Shown here: one piece after another, positions 36,961 through 49,502 of the stretch
Layout: every line of letters starts with the position of its first letter
Numbering within the stretch: the first letter of the stretch is position 1
Origin: Lama guanicoe
Lineage: Eukaryota
DNA: 64,000 nucleotides
NCBI GenBank assembly: GCA_013239625.1
Contig: MU053216.1
Span: forward strand, 868,001 to 932,000
Direction: 5' to 3'
The notes under the pieces: generated by a model
Databases searched by the model: none
The model's input: the letters and a program-made list of their open reading frames with translations, nothing else
What the model was told of the DNA's origin: nothing
Program-made: the position numbers and the translations under genes

Positions 36961-37548
36961 CGTGGCTTCTCTTAGGCTCTCCTGGACGGAGCCTGCTGAG
37001 GGCTGGGCGAGACCAGGCTGTCTAGGGCCCGGGGGGGGGGGCCCGAGGGAGGGCTGGTTCAGGGCAGCTGGAGGGCTGTGGACAGGCCTTCCCTCACCCC
37101 GAGGGGCAGAGTGGGCAGGGGCTTTTCAGAGTCGGCGCAGGCTGTGCAAAGCCCCATAGCTGCCCGGGCCAGCTGGCGACTCCCCGCTAAGCTGGTCTGG
37201 GCTTCCTTGTGGCCACACCAAGGGTGGCCACGCCCAGGGCAGCCACGTCTGGGGACAACCACAGAGGACAGCGGCTGGTCTGGAGCAGGAGACAGTGTGG
37301 GCCTCCCTCCATCATTACAGAGGGTCCTGAGGGCAAGACGGCACGGGGGTGTGTGTGAGAGACGGGGGTGGGGGGGACTGAAGCCCCATGGGAGGCTCTG
37401 TGCCAGCAAGAGCGGGTCCAGAGACAGGCAGGGCCGGGCTGCAGGCCGCCTACCCAGGTCACGTGCCCTCTTCCATGGTTTGCCTTGTTCCCCTCCCTTC
37501 CTCCCTCCCCTGGAAAGAGTGTGAACGTGGCACAGGTCACGGACACGT

Positions 37549-37566
37549 GCACACACACACACACAC
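37549..37566. repeat. (CA)n microsatellite
   Basis: Direct CA repeat. Confidence 0.85.
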
Positions 37567-39399
37567 TCTCATCAGAAAGCAAACAGAAAACTCTCTGGGG
37601 ACAGCAGCCACATTCTGGGCCAGCCCCCAAGGCCTGTCTTGGCTGGATGTCCTCTGTCTGTCCGTCCTCTGGATCAGTCAGGGTGTCTGGCCGAGATAGA
37701 AAATTCCTGGGGGACAAGCCCTGTACACGTGTAATTCAATCTGCTCTCGACCAACGCAAGTAAACACTCAGACAGGGCTCCAAACAAAGTCTGACGATTG
37801 CCTTCCGAGGGGAGGGCCCATCTGTGGACACTCCCACGTTGACAGTGGGTTCCGGCGGCCTGGTCTGGGCTGCTGGGCTCACGGCGCCTGCCTCATCTGA
37901 AGGGAAAAGACGAGATGACACGGGGAGTGGCAGAGCAGGACAGTGGGGAGGAGCAGAAAGACACCAGCACGCCTCAGGGAACCACTGGAGCAGAGAGGAG
38001 CTCAGCATCTGGAAGAGCTAAACCCGGTGCCCTCCCTGCGCAGGCGAGGGGGGACGTCCCCCTGCCTCCCTTGACCCCTGCGAGGACTTGCTGGTCGTAG
38101 GTCAGACACGTTATCAATGTCCCCCTTTCACCAATGGCAACAGAGGCCAAGAGAAGTCAGCGCCCAGGCCTCGGGACTCCTGTCCCAGCCCGTCCTAACA
38201 CACCTTGCTCTTGGGAGCTAAGAAGCCAGTTGGGACCTGCGGTCTTGGTCACCACAGAACCACCACGCAGCACCTTGCAGACCCCAGCCTGGAGCTGTCG
38301 GAACCCGCCCGCTCCCCCAGCCTCCTTACCGGCTCACCAAGGATCCCCTACTTTTCTCCCTTACCCTCGATCACACCCTCATCCACTCTCTCGTAAAGGC
38401 CTCTGCCTGCAAGGTGCTAGGTTAGCGTGCGGTGAGTGGACGACTGGACGAAGGTGGAATGAGCGATGCAGGGGCGAACGGACCGTCAGCGGCCCCTGGG
38501 GCTGCTGGGGGCACAGCAGGCGCTCCCCTCCCCACCGCCGGCTGGACCGGCTGTCCTCAGCACCGCCGGTGTTGTTCCCACTCAGACAGTTTGCAACCTT
38601 CCCACCGTGATAAACAGCCCGGCAGAGAACATTCCTGCAGCTAGATCTCTGTACACATTGATGATCACTTAACTTAGGATAAATTCCTATGTAATCCCAC
38701 TTTAATAGTGGGATAAACAAAACCATATTAGGAAGGGAAATTTGCTGCAAAAGAGAAATGAAAGTTATAATAAGCGATTCGAGGCAAAACAGAAAGGCTG
38801 GCCAGGCCCCCAGTTCTCGACTGTGGGTAACTGAGCGGCCTCTGCAGTTGTAGTCTTGGGGCTCCATAGCCAGAGGCCAACAGCCCTCACCCCGCTGCCC
38901 CTCTCTGTCTGGGCCTGGCCCCTCGGCTGTGCTGCAAAACTCCCCAGCAGGGCCAGCACCCCCCTGCAACCCCTGCCCCAAGCCAGAGCAGAAAGGTGCC
39001 CAGTGGACACAGACACAGACAGATGCTCTGTAGCAGGCGAGCTGGACGGGGCACAGCAGAGTGGGGGAGGGAGCGGTCCATCTGCACCCACTACGCAGGG
39101 GATTCCACACCGGGAGCCCCGCCAGCACGACCACTCCCATCGCCCAGCACCATCTTCACGTTCCTGGTGAAGACCAGGCTCCAGGATGTGGCCCAGCGCC
39201 CCCAGAGCCCTGCCGGGCTGAGCACTGTGAGCCTGCATGGCTCAGTGTGTGCTGACAGCGGCTGCCACTGGGCCGCTGCCACCAGGCCTGGCAGGGACAG
39301 AGCAGTCCCGGGCACTTCCACCCTGACGGGGTGGGGTGGACGCCCACACAGCGGAAGTGGGTGCGGAGATGCTGCAAAGCTCAGGAAACTCGAGGCTTG

Positions 39400-39413
39400 G
39401 TTGCCTTGGCAAC
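39400..39413. promoter_or_regulatory. RFX X-box motif GTTGCCTTGGCAAC
   Basis: One base from the palindromic consensus GTTGCCATGGCAAC, and not in a recognised repeat. Confidence 0.5.
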
Positions 39414-40939
39414 GGGTGACCAGGGTCAGCGGTGGAGCAGAGGCAGCTGCAGGGCTAATGGCGGAAAATAGGCCATGCTGTCAGGCCCGGGTTCCGGGGA
39501 CAGAGAGCTCCCGGAGGCGACACCGCCCTACACCTGGGCTCCCGGGACCCGGCGTCCCTGCACTCGTGGGCTGGCAGGGGAGGGGCAGGAAGGGGCCACT
39601 TTCACTGGGGTCTCAGCCCTCAGCCAGCCAGGGGACACCCTCCAGCAGAGGCCAGGCTGTGGACAGTGTGGAGAGCCCCGTGTCCCACCCTGGGCACCAG
39701 GGAAATGTCCCCAGCCCCTCTGTGGCTCCACTTCACAGCCCTCGAGACTCACCTCCTGTCTCCTCCAAGGACAGACGGTCTGAGGGGCCACCTGGCTGAT
39801 GGGGCCTTCCCATTGGCTGCCCTGTGCTGCTCACAGGCTGGGACTGCAGGCCAGGGGCCAGGACGGGGGCGTGTGACCAGATGCCCCTGGAATGGAGGGG
39901 CAGAATTCAGGGCTGTGTCGCTGAGCCCTCCTCGAGGCCTGGAAGGAGGGCCTGACCCTGAGCGGCCGGCTCTCTGGGTTTGCTGGGCCTGCCCTGCGGG
40001 GGAGGGAGGGGTGGCCCTGGGCACTGCCCGCACACGGGGCGTGGGCTCTGCCAGGGACGGAGGGAGGGGACCTGCTCTGATGTTTTGTTTGGTGTTTTCA
40101 GGTCACTTAATCAGGACACACAAGAGGCCAGGAGCACCACCAGGACGGTGTGGTGCCTCTGCCCTAAGAAATAGTATGAACAGTAAACTATAAATCACAG
40201 GGAATGAAACGAATACTGTGTTTGGCAGCTAGAACATCTGCTCGTAGATCACCTCACGTGGGTCTCGCGATGGCCCGGGAGCCAGGCGGGCAGAGGCACC
40301 TCTCCCTTTGTGTCACCAGTACCCTGCAGAGAAGGAGCCAGCTCGCCCGAGGTCGCCGGTGGCCAGAGCCTGCGGGACCTGGCTCTCCGCTCTTGGCCAG
40401 CTCAGGGGGGGCCTGGGACTTCCTGATGTGGGGTGATGAGCTGCGTGCCCCGAGGGGCGCCCCCCACGCCCGATAACAGCACCCCTTTCTTCGTGCTGCC
40501 CACGAGCTCCCAGCGTCTCTGCACTTTCCCCAGACCATTTTTTCTCCCTCTGGAATCATTCCCTCACCCCTTTCTCGAGCCTAAGGACACAGTCCCCTTC
40601 CTGCCCCTCTTCCGGGTTAACTCCGGGTCTACGGGAAGGACCCAGCGACCTTGGCTGGTGGCAGATTCGTCGTGATGTTTACACTTGTCGACGGTGCCTT
40701 GCGTCAGTCACCTAGACTGTGTGAGTTCAAACCAGGCCCAGAGTAGCAGAAGACGCCCCAAGACGATAAGAGACGCCCCAAGACGGAGGACTCGGGCTCG
40801 GTCCGTGGGAAGCTGCTGGGTTTGCTGGGGCTGCTGCTGTCTGCTTGTCTGTCTGGCGCAGGAGCTGGGGCGGAACCGGCCCTCGTGCTGGCTGAGCGCG
40901 CGCTCGGCACAGAGCTCTCCTCCTCGCTGCTTGTTTCTG

Positions 40940-41460
40940 ATTAGCTTTTTGGAAACTGTCTTAAAATTAGAGAAATGTTCCAAGTTTTAGTACAAAGAAC
41001 TTTCCCCTGAACCATCTGAGAGTAAACTGCTGGCAGCTGGCGTCACCCGATGGCCTCAGCGCCCACTTCCTACAAGTCAGCACCTCTCCTGTAACTCCCG
41101 TCCCGGCCCCACGGGCAGAGCACTGGCCGGGGCCGTCCTGCTGCCGAGCGCTTGCGCTCTCTCCAGGCGCCGCCCGTCCCCAGGGCCTGCTGCAGCAAGA
41201 CCCCGCTCAGGCCGCTTGCGGCATTCAGTCACCGCCTCTTCCCTGACAGTTTGTGAACGAGACCCCTCTTGGCAATCCAGACCGTCTTGCACGGTGTCGG
41301 GTCACAGAAGGCCGTCCTCGGGGACCTCGGAGCACGGTGGGGGGGGTTACGAGCCGCGGGGCCTGGACGCCCTCTGAGCGTCCTGGGGGCCGAGTAAGCG
41401 TACCTCGAGATTCCTGGAGGCATTTGCTTCAAGAACAGGTGGTCAAAATCCTTCACAAAC
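40940..41460 (-). mobile_element. L1MC-like 3' fragment, GC-drifted
   Basis: agaaatgttccaagttttagtacaaagaactttcccctgaaccatctgagagtaaactgc. Confidence 0.6.
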
Positions 41461-42104
41461 CCACGCCCGCTCGGGGCCAGCCCTGGCATCGGTGGGGGGG
41501 ATTCAGGCTGCAGCCGTGCCCCCCTGTTGCCCTAGGGCACCAGAAGGCTGCTGGGAAGACTCCCCCCGAAACGAAGCCCACAGGCCCACCTGACATTAGC
41601 CCCAGGCCTGGCTGGTGTGACCATCTCTGGCCAGGGCCAGCTGTCCAGCTCGGACAAGCCCCCAGCCAGCTCTGCCCTGTCCTCGGGGCTGCTGATGCGG
41701 GCAAACAGAGGTCCTGGGCGTGAGAGCACGGCCTGGGCTTGCCCGGTTCCGTGGAAACACGCTTCTCCCCGGCGTCCGGCTAACAGGAAGCAGCTGGGGC
41801 AGCGGAGCTCCGGGGACTTGCCCCACGCAGCTGTCCACCCAGGCCCCTCCGGCCCGCCTCCCTCCCCAGGCCTGCCATCCAAGCCCAGTGACCTGGGGAG
41901 ACCTGCAGACACTTCTGTGTGTGCACGAGGCCCACCTGGACTTTCAGACAGACAGACAGCCAGCCAGCCTGGGGGAGCGGTCGGGGAGAGGACGCAGAGC
42001 CCTTGCTTGGAGCCCGGAGCTGAGCACCTACTCTGGGGTGCGCCCTGCCCGCACGGGGGTTGCTTGTGGTAACTTGTTGAATCTCGACAACTTCAGGAAT
42101 TGAG

Positions 42105-42190
42105 GGTGATCAACAGTCCCATTTTACAGGGAAGGAAAGTGAGGTCCCAGGAGGTAAAACCAGGCGCCTGGTGCCACGGTCACCGTCAGC
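42105..42190 (-). mobile_element. MIR fragment
   Basis: cccattttacagggaaggaaagtgaggtcccaggaggtaaa. Confidence 0.6.
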
Positions 42191-44879
42191 CCACGTCTGC
42201 CCAAGCCTGTTCTCAGCCCGCCTGCTCGGGGGCCTGTGTGTGCAGGCAGCCACTGGGGCCCTCCCAGGAACTGTGCTGGGCCAGATGTGGCCAGATGTGC
42301 CACTGCCCCGAACTCAGAAGGGACACTCAGCACTGGACGGGGACTCGGGACGCAGCCTGAGGAAGCGGAGGTGGGGGCAGTGCCGGCGCTGTGTTAACAA
42401 GTGGGCTTTGAGCCCTACGGGAAGCAGAGGTTCTGGGCGCCAGGATTCCGGGATGGGCAGCCCTGATCTTCCCACGGGAACTGCCAACCAGGGACAAGGG
42501 GAGCTGGCTCTGGGCTGCGGCCAGTCCCTCCCGCGCGGAGGGGCAGGGAGAGCCCTGGGCAGCGCCCCCCACCCCCGGCCTTGCACACCAGCCCTCACTG
42601 TCTCCCTCTCTTTGTGAGCCCGCCAGGCCCACGCTCCAGTGACTCCCGGCTCCAAGCCCTCAGAGCTGGCGCTCGGCGCACTTTGCCTCACGGGGTCTCG
42701 TGGGGCAAGACGGTGCAGTGCAGCGGCCACACAGCCGGGCAGGGCCCTTGGGGAGGCTCCATCTCCCGGTCCGGTCCTCATGTGCGCCTGCACTGTGCAG
42801 AGAAAGGACACTCCGGACGTGTGGCCGGGTACCGCACAGACGTGGCGTGCGCGAGGCCTGGGTGCAGGTGTGACTGCGGAAGCTGGTGTCTGTGGACTGG
42901 GTGGCAGACACTGGCCACGCTGGCTTGGAAGGGAGGCCCGGGGGTGCTGCAGGTGCCCCTCCCTGGGCCTCTGACGGCTGTGGACACATCCGCCATCTAC
43001 ACACACAGGAGGTCCTTATCGCTGGATGAACTGGATCAGACGGATCCTGAGGCGCCTCTCTGAGCAGCATGGCCAGCAGGACTGACAGGGTGGCAGAACC
43101 CCTCCCACCGCAGCCCTCCCGCCCTGGGCCTGAGTCTGGGGGCCGCCCCTCAGAGGACCCAGCGGAGGGAGCCCCCCGCTACGAGCAGCTCCCCTGCGGC
43201 GGACGGCCTCCCCACCGTGTCAGGAAGGGCGGGTGATACTGATTTCCAAACGCCGCCCAGTCTCCATCCTATCAGAGTCCCGTGAAGGCAGCGGGTCATC
43301 TCTTCTGTCTTCCGGTGGCTTTGGAGTGGGGTTGGGTAGGGGGAAGACTCTTCCAAAACACCGGCTAACGGAGTCACCCCCTGCAGTTTGGGATGGGTGA
43401 GCGAGTCATGGTGCCCCCCCGGGAAAGAGCGTTAACAGCGACACGTGCGGAGCTCTGACGGACACGGAAAATGCCTGAGACAATATTAAACAGCAGAAAA
43501 AACACAAAACCACAAAGCTGCAAACAAAGCTGACACCGACTGTGAGGGAGAGGCTGGCCTGGAAATAGGAGAGGTGGCAGGAAGGCGCGCGCTTACTTCC
43601 GGATGGGGATGGCAGCTGCCGAGCGCTCGGCCATTCTGCCAGCCAGGAGAACAACAAGTTGTTCAATTAGGGGTAAAGGAGCCGTGGCAGGCAGTGTCTG
43701 TGGTGGGCAGGGAGGAAGCCCCTCCAGGGCTAGTGTGGCCGTGGGGCAGGGGGCCTCCCTGCCAGATGGGGGGGGGCACGCCTCCCAGCCGGGAGCACTG
43801 CCTGGGTACTGAGGGGGTGGCATGAGCCATGCGACCTGGGGGCTGTACGGGGTGGCGCAGTGGGCTCAGTGGGAGGCCTTCCTGGAGGCGGTGGGCCTGA
43901 AGGGGCCTCCTCTGAGGTGAACTGGGGAGGATGGGTCTCTAGGTGTCCCGTGGGCTGCGGGGAGGGTCCTTGGAGAACACAGCAAAGCTGTCAGAACTGT
44001 GTGTGTTGGAGGTGTGGGTGTGGGCAGGGTGGGGAGGCCCCTGGAGCCCGGAGAGGGTCCCGATGGGACGGGAGAGCCCAGAGCTGAGGGAGAGGGAGCA
44101 GTGGGGGCTGAGGAATGGCCCAGGCGGAGCCTTGACAGGCAGGAGGGTGGCTGCGTCTCAAGTTGTTCTTTTAGAGAAAAGTCAGAGCTGCCATGGGCCA
44201 TGTGGGTGTTAATTTTTGGCTGGTTCAGTGAACCGGGGGCCGGGAAGAGTGTCTGGCGCCTCTGGTGATGAAATGCTGGTCAAATCCTCCCCCTCACGTG
44301 GCCCGGGGTCCTGCCTCCGACCGTGGGGGCCTCAGTTTCCCCCAGAGAGGCGGGGGTGGGTGACAGTCTCCCATTGTCCTCGGGGCTCCCGGGCTCCGCT
44401 AATAAAAATGATTGTAAAACGCTTTGCAAACAGCGGGGCTGCTCACAACGGAGGCTTCTCCCCCACAGAGCAGCTTCAGTCCCCACAGGGGTCCGCCCGG
44501 AGCCTCGCTGCCCTCGGAAGAAGGGGCCTTCTGTTCCCCGGTGAGCTGAGTGAACGCCGCGGCCGCGGGACAGCCAGGGGCCGGGCCCTGTGCCCACTGC
44601 TGGCAGCCGCCCTCACACAGCACAAGGAGAAGTCTGTGTGTCTCCTTGGCCGGGAGCCCGCGCTGCCAAGGCCCTGTGACGCTGCAGGACTCGGGGGCGG
44701 AGGGAGGGCGGGCGGCAGAGAGCTGGCGCGTCTCACTCAGGGAAGTGGTGTGATGACTAATCTTAACGGGGAAGCAACGGCGAATGCTCACTGAGTCCCT
44801 AGTGGGTGCGGTCACTTTACACGTGTTAGCTCCACTCAGCGGCCCTCGGTGTCAGGGGCCACTCCACTCCCTGGGGTGC

Positions 44880-45311
44880 TGGTGGCAGAGCAATGGGCCC
44901 TGAAGACGCCTCTGCCCCAATACTTAGAACTTGTAACGCATGACCTCAAACTGCAGACGTGACCAAGGTTAAGGACCAGTGACAGAGTCGCCTGGATTAT
45001 CCAGGTGGACCCAACCCAGTCCCACAAACCCTTAAAAGCAGAGACCCCTTCCCGGCTTCAGGGGACAGGCAGGGGACAGGCAGAGGACAGCGAGGGGGGC
45101 CTGGGCTGCGGCTGCCAGCGTTGAAACGCAGGAAGGGGCCACGGACCAGAGTAAGAGCGGCCTATCCTGGTGGCTCGGCAGGGACCCAGCCCTGCCCACG
45201 TCTGGTCTTACCTAGCGGCACCCCGACCCACAGCCATGCGATCACACGTGTGTCGTGGGAAGCCACAGAGGTGGTGGGAATTTGCTGGAGCAGCAACAGC
45301 ACACGAACGCA
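44880..45311 (+). mobile_element. MLT1D/E-like (ERVL-MaLR) solo LTR
   Basis: tgcagacgtgaccaaggttaagga...cctggattatccaggtggacccaa...ccttaaaagcagaga...aagccac...aatttgctggagcagcaa. Confidence 0.8.
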
Positions 45312-46039
45312 CGTCCCCAGAGGCATGGGTGTTCAGCCTCACACGGGGAAGCACTGCTGGGATGAGCGGGAGGTGGATTCCGTCCCCAGAGGAGAGCCGC
45401 CCTCCCCTTGGCGTGCCAGACACCCATGCGAGGGCTGAAGAGGACCCATCCAACCAGGCGGCTAGTCACCCCCATGGCTCTGCCCAGGGGCCTCCTTACC
45501 CTCAAGAAACCGGTTCAAGCAGGAATCAGGGCCCTCACCCTGCGGATGAGGAAATGGAGGCTCCGAGAAGCGGGCTGTCACGCACAGGGTCCCGCGGCCC
45601 CACCCGGCCCGGAGCACACACTCCCAGGATCCGACTCCAGGTCTGGTTCCTCCTTGCCTCAGGTCTGGGGGCTCTGGGGGTTTACCCCGCTGTGCCCACC
45701 ACCCGAAGTAGAGCCCTGGGGTCCCACAGCCCCAGCCAGCGCCTTGGGGCTGCTGCTCTGTGCGCCTGCCCCAGCCCGGACCCACCCACTTCTCCCAGCC
45801 AGGGCATGGCCACCCCTGGAGGGAGTCTGCTGTCCGGGCGGCGTCCTTGTGTCCGGGGGCTCCCGGGGACGTATGTTCTGCTTCTGCAGATGCACGGGGG
45901 AGAGAGATGGGAGCGGCACCCAGCACAGCGGCCTGCTAAGCACATCTGCACCCTCTGCCTGTCCTTCTCCACACATCCCCCAAGGACGTCCCTTCCCCGC
46001 ACGTGTCCTCTTAGGACTCCCCTCCCCGGGACCAGGCCA

Positions 46040-46260
46040 CCTTAATACTCCCAACCACCCATCCCGGCAAAACCTGTTATAAAGCCTGTGCATGACCTCA
46101 TCGACCGCCCCGCCCACCTCCCGGGGTGTTCTCACCCCCACGTCTCAGAAGAGGAAACTGATGCTCAGACAGATTCCATGACGTGTTCCACACCATCAGG
46201 CACAGCAGGCCCAGGACGTGGACCGGGGGATGTGACTTCAGAGCCCACCTTCCCTCCTGG
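46040..46260 (-). mobile_element. MIR fragment
   Basis: cagaagaggaaactgatgctcagacag reverse core. Confidence 0.55.
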
Positions 46261-48690
46261 AGACTCGCTGGTCCCCCCACCCACAAAACACCAGAGATGG
46301 GGCCTGCCCCACCCGGCCCTGCCCGCCCCCAGCAAGGCCAGCTCACCTCCATTGCCGCTGCCCGGAACCACCCCCCAGCTCAGACAGGTGTCGGGACCTG
46401 CTTCTGCACATTCCCAGGATGACCTGCTTCATGTGAGGCTTGTAAGCCTCACCTAGAGGCAAGCTTGGGGCTGGCTGTCACAGGCAGGTATACGAAGAGG
46501 TCAGTCCTGCCAGGATCCCTTCATCCTTTCCTGCCGAGATGCGGCTGTGCCCGAGGGGAGGCCACCGCTGCCCCCCAGGCCAGGCCCACCAACTGCGTTC
46601 CCATGCGGCCAGCTGCTGAGGGGCTGCCACGATGTGAGCTGAGTCACAGAGCCTGGAACGCGACGCCTCCCAGGCCTCCCCCAGCCCCGGCCAACTCTGC
46701 CCCGGCACCCCCGACGCCCCCACTGCGGAAACGCCTTCTGCCAGTAAGTTCCCAGCACCAAGGTCCAGAGGCAGGCTCGGCCTCAGGGAAGCACGCTCGG
46801 CGCCCACCAAGCCCACGGCCTCGGCTGCCTGTCCTCCTGGGCTGACGGATGACCTTAACTTAAACGCTCTTCACCCGCAGGAGCCTCTGTTCCGACCTTG
46901 ATGCTCTCGCCCCCAGTCTGAGGGCACAGGAGGAATCGAAGCCCTGCCTTCAGAGGCGCCCCAGTCTGATGGGCGAGCCCAGCTGCCAAGTTCACGGAGG
47001 CCAAGGCCGCGGGGAGACAGCCCTCACCTCCAGGAAATCCCAAGCTGACGCGGGAGCCACAGCCCGGCCCTGAGGAGCCGCCAGCCTGATGCAAACAGCT
47101 CTGTCCTTGGATGTTCCCAATGTCGGGGGGTGGGGGGACTCAGAAAGAAAACCCGGAGACGCGGAAGACGGACAGTCCCGCCAACCTCCCTGCAGGGCCG
47201 GTCACGTGCTGGCCCCTCTGCAGGCTAAGCTCCCTCACAACAAACTCACTTACAGCGAGGGGACGAAGCACGGAGGCTAGCTGCCCCGCTGGGAAGCAGC
47301 AGAACCGAGACTCAGCCCCGGCCTGCACCTGCCCACGCCCGGCGCCAGCGTAGCTGCCGAGTGCCGGGCCGGCCGGTTCACCTGATGCCCCGTCAGCCCC
47401 GAGGCTGGACCTACCGCTCTTTCCACTCACACACGGCCGCTCCCACAACACTGAAAAGTCACTACACGCAGGGCAGCTGATCGACAACGTCCCACTGTCC
47501 CAGCAGGAAGGGGACTGCTGACACTGTCCCTTTAAAACAAAGAGGCGGACTCGGGGCAGAGCCTGTCCTCCCCGCAGGTCCTGTCCCCTGGGAGCTCGCA
47601 CACCCTAGAGGCTCCCCGGGTCAAGGCAGATACACGGGGGTCAGAGTGCCCCAGCCTGGAGCCAGTCTCCAAGTGGATGCCCCGCTCAGGACCGCTGGAG
47701 GAGATGACCCTGGGAGCAGATGGGGAGCCTGCAGCGGTGGTGACCGCTCTCCGCTGTGTGCCCCTGGGGCTGTCCTGGAACAACCGCCTGGCCTCAGGGC
47801 TCAGGACACAGGCCCCGGAGCTACCCGCAGACCCTCTGTCCCCGGAAAGGGCTCTTTGGGGAGGGGAACCAGCAGAGCTACCCACGCAACAGATCCAGCC
47901 TGTGGAAACCTCGGTTCCCTCCATGGGACAGTGACCTGGGCCCTGAGGGACCGGGAGGCAGGTTTTCCGTGAGTCCCTGCCCCTAAGGGACTGCCATGGG
48001 GCCAAGGACCCAGGCCCAGTGCCCATCCCGGCCCCCCCCCCCGCCTCACTCTGGATGTGTCGTCCTCGGGCACCCAAACCCACCCCAGACACAGGGTCAC
48101 CGGGCTCCTGCCTGCAGGGCGCTGGCCCAGGACGGCCAGGGCTGGGCCCTTCTGCACTGGGCAAGGGTCCTGGCTGGGCAGGGGCTGTGCTGATGGTGGG
48201 GGGAGGTCTGGCCCTGACAGAAGGGCCTCAGAACCCCAAAGGGTGGAGATTCGGAAGGAGCCTGGCCAGAAAGTCTCTGACCTTTGCCGCAGCCAAGAGC
48301 ACCGTAGCCTGTTCCACACAGGGTCCCCCGGATCCCTGACGGGCTTTTCGCTCTGAAAATAAAGACTAAATGAAGCCAAAACGTTGCTGTTTGATGGAGG
48401 GTGGGGAGTGGTGGACGGAACACAGTCAAGAGCAAGAGATGTGTTGACAGTGCCCAGAAAACGGAGACAACACAGCCGCCCGGGAGTCAGGCTGCCGGCT
48501 TGTGCTGCCGGACCTCCGTGCCGGCCCACCCTGCCTGGGACCCCCCACAGCAGCTCCAGAGCTGCCCCAGACTTTCCTCCAGCCCAGAGAGGAGGGGGTG
48601 GCGCCGGGCCTGCCTCCCAGCCCCCAGGGCGCAGAGCTGCCCGCGGCTGCCCGCACCACCAGGGCGTGGGGCTGGCTTCTGCTGGGTGAC

Positions 48691-48707
48691 GGCGCCCTCT
48701 GGTGGCG
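48691..48707 (-). promoter_or_regulatory. CTCF core motif (GCCACCAGAGGGCGCC on minus strand)
   Basis: Matches the CCASYAGRKGGCRS consensus. Confidence 0.5.
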
Positions 48708-49440
48708 GCGACGGGAGGATGCAGGGACCTGAAGACAAAGGGCGAGCCGTCCTCCCTCGGGCTCCCGGGATGCTCTGTGTGGCCGGCCTTCACTGAGCAC
48801 CTACTGGGGGGTGGCACTGGGCCCCGCCCAGGGGAGGGGAGCAGACAGACCACTCTGCTCCCGAGGGCGCATGAAAGGAACCCAGCCAGGAGGGAGGTGA
48901 CCTTCCACAGCTCCCGGGTGGCCGAGCCTCCCTCTCACACACTCCTGCCCCAGAGAGTCCCCAACAGGCACACCCGCCCCTCTGCCCATCGCCTGCCCTG
49001 AAGCCCTGCTCCAGGCTCTCCTGGGGCCTCAGCCTCCCCTACCCCCGGCCAGTCTCTCCTATTGACCAGGAACTTCCCCAGGCGGGAGGTGGTGGGTAGA
49101 AGGCAAGATTTCCCGGCACCCGCTCCCACCACCACTTCATCCTCGCCAGCTCATGGACGCCTCCCGCAGGCCTGCCTGCACAGACTGAACAGCCCGGGCT
49201 ACAGAGGGAACTGTGCCCCGGAGGCTGGGCCTGACCAAGACCTGCCCCTTCCCCGGGCCCCACGCCCTGCTGGGTGCCTTACGTGGGTGAGCTCACCCCG
49301 ACCTCTGCCAGGCCAACAAGCTAGTTTGAGACGATCCCGTTACAGATGAGGGCACTGAGGGACATGGCGCCTGCACAGCGTCCTGACTAGGAGGCGGCTG
49401 TGGCTAGGCCCCCAGCTGCCCCACCCTTCTCACCCTCCCG

Positions 49441-49502
49441 CCCTCCCCCAGGGCTCTACGCCCACCTCAAACCCTCCCACAGGGCTCTACGCCCACCTCA
49501 CA
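49441..49502. repeat. 31-bp tandem duplication (2 copies)
   Basis: ccctcccccagggctctacgcccacctcaaa / ccctcccacagggctctacgcccacctcaca. Confidence 0.9.

Noticed and set aside
18059-45091. Short two-copy tandem duplications (18059-18100, 40751-40785, 42279-42299, 45060-45091)
   Set aside because: Ordinary slippage duplications with no spacer architecture, so not CRISPR-like or array-like.
47801-48853. 350-aa minus-strand ORF
   Set aside because: Low-complexity GC-driven composition and no domain.
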